Sequence record: SRR2962707_885
Length of the DNA stretch: 39,441 bases
Direction: 5' to 3' (one strand)
Positions 8,711 through 16,418 of this stretch are shown here, one piece after another (the stretch's first letter is position 1; each line of letters begins with the position of its first letter). The notes under the pieces are model-generated. The model worked only from the letters and a program-made list of their open reading frames with translations. It was not told the DNA's origin and ran no database searches. Made by a program: the position numbers and the translations under genes.

Positions 8711-10431
8711 TGCAGTGGTATTTCTACTTCTATGGTTGTTCCTGTTTTAGCTGTTCGAATAGCTATTGTCCCATTGGTCAATTTTACCCGTTCTCTCATG
8801 TTTCGGATGCCATTACCATGAGCAGGCTGTTCGGGATCAAATCCAATGCCATTATCGGCGATGAAAAATCCCACATGATCATCAAACTCACTCATGGATA
8901 CCTTTAGCTCAGTAGCCTTTGAATGCTTGATTGCATTGTTTATTGATTCCTGAGCTATCCGATATAAAGTAATATGAATATCATCGTCAATATCAGATTC
9001 TGCAGGCATATCATTCTTGTAAAGAACCCGAATGGAAAAATTATCTTCTATTTGCTTCAATAAGTTACCTATTGCTTCACCCGCACCAAAATCCACTAGC
9101 ACATTTGGCATTAGGTTATTACTCATTCGTCTTACCTCGCCGATCGTCTCATCCAGTCTCTGAAGGAGCTGTTTTTTGGTAGGTTCATCCAGGTCGGCAG
9201 CCTGTAGGTTCATCCGAAGGGTTGTCAGAAGCGGGCCAAGTCCATCATGCATTTCTTTGGAAAGCCGGGATCGCTCTTTCTCTTCACCATTGAGAATGGA
9301 TCGTTGGTTTTCTTTTAGCAAGCGATCTTCATTTTCTTTGAATGTTCGCAGCTTTTCTTTCATCTGTATCAACGCTGCGCCCATTTTGTCCTTTTCACTT
9401 AGAGGTTTGTAGTCGGCATCAAAATTTCCTGATCCAATTTCATTTGCAAATACCACCGTTTCCTGTAGGGCGCTTACTAGTTTATCCAAAGCCATAAACA
9501 TCCTTCCTATTTCATCCTGTCGGCCTTTGTCATAGTGAACCACACTGAGCATACCTTTTGACATGTCTTTCAGGTGTTTTTCCATGGTTAAAACAGGACT
9601 CACAAGCATCCTTGATAGAAAATATGATACCACAAGGACAAAAATTAAGATAATAATCAGGATGTAGATCAGATTGCTGCGAAGCTGATTTAGAGGAAAG
9701 AGTGCTTCCTGATGGTTGATTTCGCTGAGAATTACCCATTTTATATCACCTACTTCGATTTTTTCATATGAGCTGAACACCTCAGTTCCTCTGTAGTCGA
9801 GTATAATATCTTCTCCGGGCTGATCCTCAAGCGCCCGCATTACCCCTTTGGTCTTGACTTCAACCTCCCTGGGGTTTTGTGTGAAAAACCTTGACTTGGT
9901 TTTTAGCTTATAGTCGCTACCGACAATGTATGATTCACCTGTTTGTCCCAGGCCGGTTCTTTCCAGGAGTATATCCTGTACTTCAGGTACTTCCGTGATT
10001 CCAATCAAGTACTTCGATCCTATTTTCCCGAAAAGGGCAATGGTGATTTCATGACTAATATCTATCGGGGTGATGTCCTTCATGATTACATTATTCCCGA
10101 CGTTTTCCTCCGATATATTCAAGTCTAAACCCATTAGAGTTGCAGGTATAGAATCGTAGAACTGTAAGTGGCTAAAAACTTCACTATGTTCCTCGATCGC
10201 TTCTTCCGGGTTAGCCAGGGCGTCACGGAAGACGTTCATTCGATCGGTGAGTTCATTCTTTATTTTAACAATTTTCAGCTGCTTTACAGAAGATAACTGA
10301 AGCATCACACGCTCTTGGAGGGCTGTATCGAACTGCACATAAAAAAGTGATGAAAGCAAGGCAATCACTACCAATGAGAGCGCAATCATGATTAGAGCTA
10401 GCTTATTTCCTATATTGACCCGCTTTAACAT
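8707..10431 (-). CDS. Membrane sensor histidine kinase (Cache-like, HAMP, HisKA_3, HATPase)
   Basis: Two TMs, DEIG HAMP, EEKERSRLSKEMHDGLG H-box, QESINNAIKHS, DNGIGF, GNGIRNMRERV; 4-bp overlap with the regulator. Confidence 0.93.
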   Translation of the reverse strand: MLKRVNIGNKLALIMIALSLVVIALLSSLFYVQFDTALQERVMLQLSSVKQLKIVKIKNELTDRMNVFRDALANPEEAIEEHSEVFSHLQFYDSIPATLMGLDLNISEENVGNNVIMKDITPIDISHEITIALFGKIGSKYLIGITEVPEVQDILLERTGLGQTGESYIVGSDYKLKTKSRFFTQNPREVEVKTKGVMRALEDQPGEDIILDYRGTEVFSSYEKIEVGDIKWVILSEINHQEALFPLNQLRSNLIYILIIILIFVLVVSYFLSRMLVSPVLTMEKHLKDMSKGMLSVVHYDKGRQDEIGRMFMALDKLVSALQETVVFANEIGSGNFDADYKPLSEKDKMGAALIQMKEKLRTFKENEDRLLKENQRSILNGEEKERSRLSKEMHDGLGPLLTTLRMNLQAADLDEPTKKQLLQRLDETIGEVRRMSNNLMPNVLVDFGAGEAIGNLLKQIEDNFSIRVLYKNDMPAESDIDDDIHITLYRIAQESINNAIKHSKATELKVSMSEFDDHVGFFIADNGIGFDPEQPAHGNGIRNMRERVKLTNGTIAIRTAKTGTTIEVEIPLQ

Positions 10432-10465
10432 TCTGTAAAATTATCGGGATATTTTTTTTAGCCTA

Positions 10466-10482
10466 ATCAGGAAAAATACGGA
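10466..10482. promoter_or_regulatory. Putative NarL/LuxR-type operator, copy 2
   Basis: ATCAGGAAAAATACGGA, 35-51 nt upstream of the kinase start; near-identical to 8061-8077. Confidence 0.5.
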
Positions 10483-10495
10483 TGAAGAAAATGGT

Positions 10496-10514
10496 AAAAG
10501 CCGGAAGTCCGGCT
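10496..10514 (-). terminator. Probable terminator of small ExbB-like gene
   Basis: AGCCGG-ACTT-CCGGCT followed by TTT on minus strand, just after the stop at 10522. Confidence 0.6.
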
Positions 10515-10521
10515 CTCACGA

Positions 10522-10854
10522 TTAGTGTTTCGCTTTAAGAATTAGGCTCAGTATTGTAGCTATTGCGTAAATAATAATTCCATACATAGTCGTAATCATA
10601 GATACTTTTAAGCCTCCAGCGAGCATTGCAGGCGAAACGGAACCCATTTGCTGAATTGCCTCGAAGGCAGAGAACAGGCCTATAAGCTGGCCTAAAATGC
10701 CAGTAATAGCTGCTAATAATCCAGCACTTCTAATTTGACTGACTGACTGTTCCTTATGAAGAAAACATTTAGCCGCAAAAAATATCACTGCTGCCAGTTC
10801 GATTGTGAGGATACTCATAAAGAGAGGACCTCCCATTTGAAATAATTCAATCAT
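10522..10854 (-). CDS. Small MotA/TolQ/ExbB proton-channel family protein
   Basis: LFQMGGPLFM, GILGQLIGLFSAFEAI, P.MLAGGLKVSMITT.YG. Confidence 0.85.
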   Translation of the reverse strand: MIELFQMGGPLFMSILTIELAAVIFFAAKCFLHKEQSVSQIRSAGLLAAITGILGQLIGLFSAFEAIQQMGSVSPAMLAGGLKVSMITTMYGIIIYAIATILSLILKAKH

Positions 10855-10965
10855 AGTTTTTTCATTTAGTTAAACATGGCAACAAAGCAAGTTTTACTGC
10901 TACTGGAATGAAAGGTAGTATCCATAGGTAAATATGTCGTTCATCTATTTTTCTTACTTTTTCCA

Positions 10966-11751
10966 TTGAAAAAGTACATCTTCGGGTCCATGTTAGCTAA
11001 AAAGCAGTTGATTTTCTGGTTTGGGGTTTGGTTGTTTCTAATCCTATTATTGAGCACATCCTTGAGTGGCTTTGTTGTATCAATCTATTTTGTAACTATA
11101 CTGATGCCTGTGGTGCTCGCTACTTCTATTTTCTTTAATCGTTTTCTGGTTCCTAAGTACTTACTAAAGAATAGAATGAGCAGGTTCTTTTTGTATCTGC
11201 TTTATATGCTGGTTGTCTCTATTTACTTTGAGCTTCTTGTAATGGTGCTTGCCTTTGTAGTGCTTGCAGACTACCAAATAGATAACCTCGGTAAAATAGC
11301 CAGTGACATTTACCTATTGACACTCATTCTTTATTTGGTGGTTTTTGCAGAAGGGCTTGTTCTGTCAATTCAAAAACTAAGAGAAAAAACTCAAAGGCTG
11401 GCTGAGGTAGAGGAGAGGTTAGCAAACGAGAAACAAGAAGAAATCGTTATCCGATCCAATCGAAAGAATATAAACCTAAGGCTGATTGATATTACTTATA
11501 TAGAGAGTTTTGGGGATTATGTCAAAGTGCATCTTGATAAAGAAATGTATACAACTAAAGAGAAAATCAGCAGTTTTGAAAAACGGCTACCCAACTCATT
11601 TATTCGAATTCATCGTTCGTTTTTGGTCAATAAAGCTCATGTAGATTCTTACAATAAGGAAGAAGTTAGATTAGGAGAAAAAGAGCTCTCAATCGGCAGG
11701 AAGTATAAAAAAATAGCTGAACAAGCTCTTCAAGCTAATCTCACTGCCTGA
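10966..11751 (+). CDS. Membrane-anchored LytTR family transcriptional regulator
   Basis: 4 N-terminal TMs, then ITYIESFGDYVKVH, FIRIHRSFLVN, IGRKYK; start may be ATG 10990. Confidence 0.88.
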   Translation: MKKYIFGSMLAKKQLIFWFGVWLFLILLLSTSLSGFVVSIYFVTILMPVVLATSIFFNRFLVPKYLLKNRMSRFFLYLLYMLVVSIYFELLVMVLAFVVLADYQIDNLGKIASDIYLLTLILYLVVFAEGLVLSIQKLREKTQRLAEVEERLANEKQEEIVIRSNRKNINLRLIDITYIESFGDYVKVHLDKEMYTTKEKISSFEKRLPNSFIRIHRSFLVNKAHVDSYNKEEVRLGEKELSIGRKYKKIAEQALQANLTA

Positions 11752-12601
11752 AAAACTGAACACCTTTATAACTAAAAGAATGGAGCGTATGAAATTTGAA
11801 TATGTTTTCTTCATTTTCTTTAAGAGATAAATCATTGGTATTGTCCAGTTGAAAAGACTTCTTGTGTGTGCCCCTTGAAGAAATATCCAATAGATAGAAT
11901 TCCTTGTTTTCTTGATCAACCCCAAAGTATTCAATAGCATCAATGCCCCTGTCGATTTTGAGGACATTTGATTTTACTTCTTCTGCATCCCATTCTTTCC
12001 CATCTTCAGTTTCAAATGATCCGTTCAGTACTTTAAACACGGTTTCGATATCGCGATCATCTCCGGCAGGATAGAGTTGGGTACTTGCCAGGATTGCCTG
12101 CTCAAACTTTTGCTTTACAATTTCAGCGTAGTTTGAAATACTATCGTTTAGCACTTCCGGAAACGATAAAAACAGAAAAGAAGTACTGCTACCTTTTCTT
12201 TTGTTGATGGTTTTATGGATCAGGTCCTGAAACCCATACGTCCTCAGTTCCAGCATTTTCCCTTTTACAATTCTCCCTCGTGTTTCTTCTATTTCTGTGA
12301 TTTTCAGGCTTCTGGGATTGATGTCCTGAATGTTAAATGTACGAATGGTATACGTTTTTCTTTTAATGTTACCTGTGTTAGGTATGTCAGAAGCAATGTG
12401 TTTGATTGTGATGACTCTATCATCATTGACATAAAAAGTATTGTTCCACCACTTCTCACCTACATCGTCATAGTAGAGGTAGTTGAGCTTGCTGTCAAGC
12501 CAGTCTACAGCAGACCGAAATAGCACTTCATCTTCCTCCGGTGTTTGTGCTGGGGAGTACAGTGAGAATAAGCATGCAAAAAAGATTAAAAGCACTCGCA
12601 T
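11741..12601 (-). CDS. Exported hypothetical protein
   Basis: 286-aa ORF with signal peptide (MRVLLIFFACLFSLYSPA-Q); no family recognised. Confidence 0.7.
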   Translation of the reverse strand: MRVLLIFFACLFSLYSPAQTPEEDEVLFRSAVDWLDSKLNYLYYDDVGEKWWNNTFYVNDDRVITIKHIASDIPNTGNIKRKTYTIRTFNIQDINPRSLKITEIEETRGRIVKGKMLELRTYGFQDLIHKTINKRKGSSTSFLFLSFPEVLNDSISNYAEIVKQKFEQAILASTQLYPAGDDRDIETVFKVLNGSFETEDGKEWDAEEVKSNVLKIDRGIDAIEYFGVDQENKEFYLLDISSRGTHKKSFQLDNTNDLSLKENEENIFKFHTLHSFSYKGVQFFRQ

Positions 12602-12700
12602 TATATAGCTGGTTTTGCGGGTTGTTTTTTCGATATACTTCGGTTTTTAAACCGTGGCACTAAAGTAATTGGAATTATCTTGCATTTGTAACCACTGCCA

Positions 12701-13723
12701 ATGAGTATTTTGAATGACGAGGATTTACTTGTTAGGCTCAGTTTATTTGAGTCGGCTGCACCTCATGCATGGGTAAGTTGGGATGAAGCCAATACTATTC
12801 ATGTAGAGAAAAGCACTTGCCCGGAGATGCTTCCTGAGGGTGCTTATGCTTTAGAGAACCTCGTATCGAAAAGTCAGTTAGACAATCTTGTCTCTTACTA
12901 TAAAAGCATTTCCAGCTCTATATCCGAGTGTGAGTTCACTATCAAAAACATTGGCTTATCGGCTGACATAAAGTGTGCTTCGATAAAAAAATCGTCGCAT
13001 ATAAAAAGCCTCTGGTTTATTGTACCTGAGAAGGATAATTCCATCTTTTATTTACAAAATGCTGCTCACGACTTCCGCTCCCCCCTGGGGTCCATTCTTG
13101 GAGTCGTAAACCTCATGTATCACACCATCCAGACAGAGGAGCATTTAGATAAGGAGGAGGTTACTACATTTCTTGATATGATTAAGGTGAATACTGATAA
13201 AACGCTCCGGCTGGCTGATGAAATAATGGAGCTTGCTGAGATCGAATCAGAAAGGTATGAATTGAAAATGGTGCCGGTAGTAATGAAAGATTTTGTTCAG
13301 AATTATCTTGCTACTCACCGACTATTGACCCTTAAGAAGAAAATAAAGGTTCATTTTGAATCCGATAATGATGCAAAGGCGATGGTGAGTGAATCTAAAC
13401 TGACTCGTGCACTGGATAACATCATGAGTAATGCAGTTAAGTTTAGCAAGCCGGAATCTAATATTACTGTGAGTTTAGAGGAGCAAAGTGCCATGCTCAG
13501 ATTAACGATTGCTGATGAGGGGATAGGGATGAGTAAAGATATTTTGAAAGACGTTTTTGTGAAATTCGGTGGATCAAAAAGAGCTGGATTAGATGGTGAG
13601 CCCAGCCATGGATTAGGGATGTCTATTGTACAACAAATTATGAAACTACATGGTGGTCATGTCGAAATATCCAGTGAGGAAGGCAAGGGGACTACCGTGA
13701 GTTTGATTTTAAAAAAGGAATAA
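12701..13723 (+). CDS. Soluble sensor histidine kinase (HisKA + HATPase)
   Basis: AAHDFRSPL, DNIMSNAVKFS, DEGIGM, HGLGMSIV, SEEGKGT; no TM. Confidence 0.92.
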   Translation: MSILNDEDLLVRLSLFESAAPHAWVSWDEANTIHVEKSTCPEMLPEGAYALENLVSKSQLDNLVSYYKSISSSISECEFTIKNIGLSADIKCASIKKSSHIKSLWFIVPEKDNSIFYLQNAAHDFRSPLGSILGVVNLMYHTIQTEEHLDKEEVTTFLDMIKVNTDKTLRLADEIMELAEIESERYELKMVPVVMKDFVQNYLATHRLLTLKKKIKVHFESDNDAKAMVSESKLTRALDNIMSNAVKFSKPESNITVSLEEQSAMLRLTIADEGIGMSKDILKDVFVKFGGSKRAGLDGEPSHGLGMSIVQQIMKLHGGHVEISSEEGKGTTVSLILKKE

Positions 13724-14077
13724 ATGAAAAAGATCATAATTGCAGATGACTCATTTTTTCAGCGCAAGACGCTTCAGGACATACTCAAAGATTTGGGTTA
13801 CGAATCAGAAGCTGTTTCCTCCGGTGAAGATCTTTTAGAAAATCTAAATGATTCTCATGACTGTATTTTCCTTGACTTACTGATGGGAGGAATGTCAGGT
13901 ATAGATGTGCTGAGGGAGTTGCAAAAACGAGGTAATGAAACCCCAGTGGTAGTTATTACTGCGGATATCCAAAAGGCGCGTAAGGAGGAATCGATGAGTT
14001 TGGGGGCTACAGCATTTATGAATAAGGTTGTCAGTAAAGATGAACTAGTTTCAATATTGAATAACATTTTTAATTAA
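13724..14077 (+). CDS. Single-domain response regulator (CheY-like)
   Basis: IADDS, FLDLLM, ITAD, MNK receiver motifs; abuts the kinase stop. Confidence 0.92.
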   Translation: MKKIIIADDSFFQRKTLQDILKDLGYESEAVSSGEDLLENLNDSHDCIFLDLLMGGMSGIDVLRELQKRGNETPVVVITADIQKARKEESMSLGATAFMNKVVSKDELVSILNNIFN

Positions 14078-14088
14078 GCGATACAGAT

Positions 14089-14691
14089 ATGCTCAGTTCA
14101 AAACAAGTAGATACCATAACAGAGATTATCAACATAGGTGTTGGTAAGGGTTCTGCATCGCTTAGTCAGATGATCGATGGAGAGATTATTTTAAATGTGC
14201 CATATGTCAATGTGATCACATTCGATGATGTGCTTTCTGAGATTAAAAAACTTGGTGGGGGAGATCAGGTGCATTCGGTAGAAATGAAGTTCTCAGGGGA
14301 ATATGAGGGCAGTGCAAATGTAATTTTACCAGGAGAGAGTTCCAGACAGCTTGCTTCTTTACTAATCCATGAAGATCCTGACTCTGCAACCATTGATGAG
14401 ATGAAAGATGGTCTCATGATTGAGGTTGGCAATATCATACTCAATGCCATTATGGGTTCTTTTGGTAATATTCTGGATGCGCCATTGGATTATCACATGC
14501 CGAGAAGTTATCAGGGGGATGTGGAAGGAATTTATGGTCAGTTGGATAAGCAGCGATATAATCAGGTGCTGATATGTCACACCAATTTTTCCATTCGCGG
14601 GAAGAACATTAGTGGAGATATACTGATTATGTATGAGATGAGTTCCTTTGATAAACTATCGGATATGCTTAATAAGATGATTGAGGGTTAA
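14089..14691 (+). CDS. cheC: CheC family response-regulator phosphatase
   Basis: Two E-x2-N-x22-P motifs (EIIN...VP and EVGN...MP). Confidence 0.85.
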   Translation: MLSSKQVDTITEIINIGVGKGSASLSQMIDGEIILNVPYVNVITFDDVLSEIKKLGGGDQVHSVEMKFSGEYEGSANVILPGESSRQLASLLIHEDPDSATIDEMKDGLMIEVGNIILNAIMGSFGNILDAPLDYHMPRSYQGDVEGIYGQLDKQRYNQVLICHTNFSIRGKNISGDILIMYEMSSFDKLSDMLNKMIEG

Positions 14692-15092
14692 TCCCGGACA
14701 ATCTCGAATGAATGAGTTTGTTCCGCGCTAAGGGATCCTGCTACTGAGCAATATTTAGTTGTCGCCAGATCTACGATCCGTTCCGCTTCTTCTTCAGTTA
14801 AATCCGGAGAATAAATAAAGTACTTCAAGTGGATTTTGGTGAAGCCCCGAGGGTGTTCATCTCTTCGTTCTCCACTGATTTCCGCTTTTAGGTCTACGAA
14901 TGTTTTGCGACGTTTTTTCACCATTGAGACAATCTCTACTGCTGCACAAGCACCTACTGCTGACAATAACATTTCTGTGGGTGATTGATACTGCTTTTGT
15001 TCAGCAGGTCGCATATCTACTTCAATCTTATTTCCGTTTTGGTTAGTGGAGGTGAATTCCTCGTCACCTTTATATTTCAAATCTATTTTCAT
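14688..15092 (-). CDS. OsmC family protein (YhfA-like)
   Basis: SPTEMLLSAVGAC and KYCSVAGSL two-cysteine pattern. Confidence 0.9.
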   Translation of the reverse strand: MKIDLKYKGDEEFTSTNQNGNKIEVDMRPAEQKQYQSPTEMLLSAVGACAAVEIVSMVKKRRKTFVDLKAEISGERRDEHPRGFTKIHLKYFIYSPDLTEEEAERIVDLATTKYCSVAGSLSAEQTHSFEIVRD

Positions 15093-15158
15093 CGATTTTT
15101 AATTTTCTGTGAAGGTATAATTAAAAGCTAGTTGCATCTCTTTCATACATATTTAGCC

Positions 15159-15878
15159 TCATTCTACTTTCCAAGCCAAAGTATCATGATGCTCAGCTAT
15201 TAGCGAACGCAGGTAGCTGCCTATGTAGTTCACTCCTTCAAACCCAGCATCTTTAGCGGCTTGATCTTCCTTTTCAAAGGACACATCAGGTCCGGCAAAA
15301 TCATGCATATCTTCATAAAAGCCGATGGTGAAGTTATCCCAGCTTGGTCCGAATACGCGTGTGAAAATAAAATTGGGCCGGTGTTCTATACCGGCATAGT
15401 ATTGATTTTCAGCAAGTCGCTGCTCCAGCAGTTCATTTTGCTTACCGGCAAGTGAAGTGAAAATCTCAATGTGGAAAAGGCGATACTTTTCAAGCGCAGA
15501 GATAAAAACATTGACAGGAGGGCCTTTAACTATGGCCTCTTCCTGAAAGGATACAAGGTTGAAAAAATTGTCACCATACGGCTTTTCTATTGTTTTAGAC
15601 TCCATTCTTTCATCCGTCTGAACTGAGGAGAAATAGCTTACCAGATCATCAACGGGATAAATTAACATTAGATCCCAGTGGTCTCCCTGGCTGTGGCGAA
15701 GCAGGTATGGTTTGTTTTCCAGGTAGGTTTCGAAATTGGAAATGTCCTGATCGATTAATTCGATTAGACTTAGGAGTTCTCCTGGTTTAGCCCGTAGTAA
15801 TGTGACTTTATAGAGTTGCTCCTGAGCGGAAAGTTGAAACGAAAGAATAAGTAAAAAAGTAGTTAAAAAGTGTTTCAT
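15159..15878 (-). CDS. Exported hypothetical protein with internal duplication (NIPSNAP/dimeric alpha-beta-barrel-like)
   Basis: Signal peptide; two similar halves (AKPGELL..GDHWDLM and SLAGKQN..GPSWDNF). Confidence 0.6.
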   Translation of the reverse strand: MKHFLTTFLLILSFQLSAQEQLYKVTLLRAKPGELLSLIELIDQDISNFETYLENKPYLLRHSQGDHWDLMLIYPVDDLVSYFSSVQTDERMESKTIEKPYGDNFFNLVSFQEEAIVKGPPVNVFISALEKYRLFHIEIFTSLAGKQNELLEQRLAENQYYAGIEHRPNFIFTRVFGPSWDNFTIGFYEDMHDFAGPDVSFEKEDQAAKDAGFEGVNYIGSYLRSLIAEHHDTLAWKVE

Positions 15879-15898
15879 ATCACCAAGCTACTAAACTT

Positions 15899-16414
15899 TC
15901 ATTTTCGATTGTTGTATTCTTTGATCAAAACGTTGAGTCGCTTAAAGTCCAATTCACCTCTGGTTTCTTTCAGGTGATGCATGATAGCTAATCCTTTTGC
16001 CAGCTGGGTATCTACATTTTTCACTTTTCCTACAATATGGATCAGGGTTCTTTGTTTGCCCTTAGTGAGTTCGTGGAAATACATGCTTCCTTCAGTATCC
16101 TGGTCTAACAGAACCTGAAACGATTCGGGAACAGGCATGCCATACTCCGATTTATCTTTCTCCAGTTGTATGTCCACCTCATCCCCCTCTCCCAGTCCGT
16201 GTTTTTTCATGAATTCTTTCTTCACATAAATGCTGTAAACTTCTCCCTTCGGCATTAGAGCACTATAGATTGGTGGACAATCATTGATCAGGCATATGAC
16301 TCGCCTATCCTCTCCTTCGATGAACTGATCACCAATCTTCTTTGGGATAGCAACATAATAGCTCCATAGGTCTGATTCGAATTTTAGGATAGGGGCTTTA
16401 ATGACTAAATTCAT
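15899..16414 (-). CDS. DUF1905 / YdeI-OmpD-associated family protein
   Basis: SALMPKG, GDEVDIQLEKD, PVPESF, F..LTKGKQR motifs. Confidence 0.8.
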   Translation of the reverse strand: MNLVIKAPILKFESDLWSYYVAIPKKIGDQFIEGEDRRVICLINDCPPIYSALMPKGEVYSIYVKKEFMKKHGLGEGDEVDIQLEKDKSEYGMPVPESFQVLLDQDTEGSMYFHELTKGKQRTLIHIVGKVKNVDTQLAKGLAIMHHLKETRGELDFKRLNVLIKEYNNRK

Positions 16415-16418
16415 TTAT

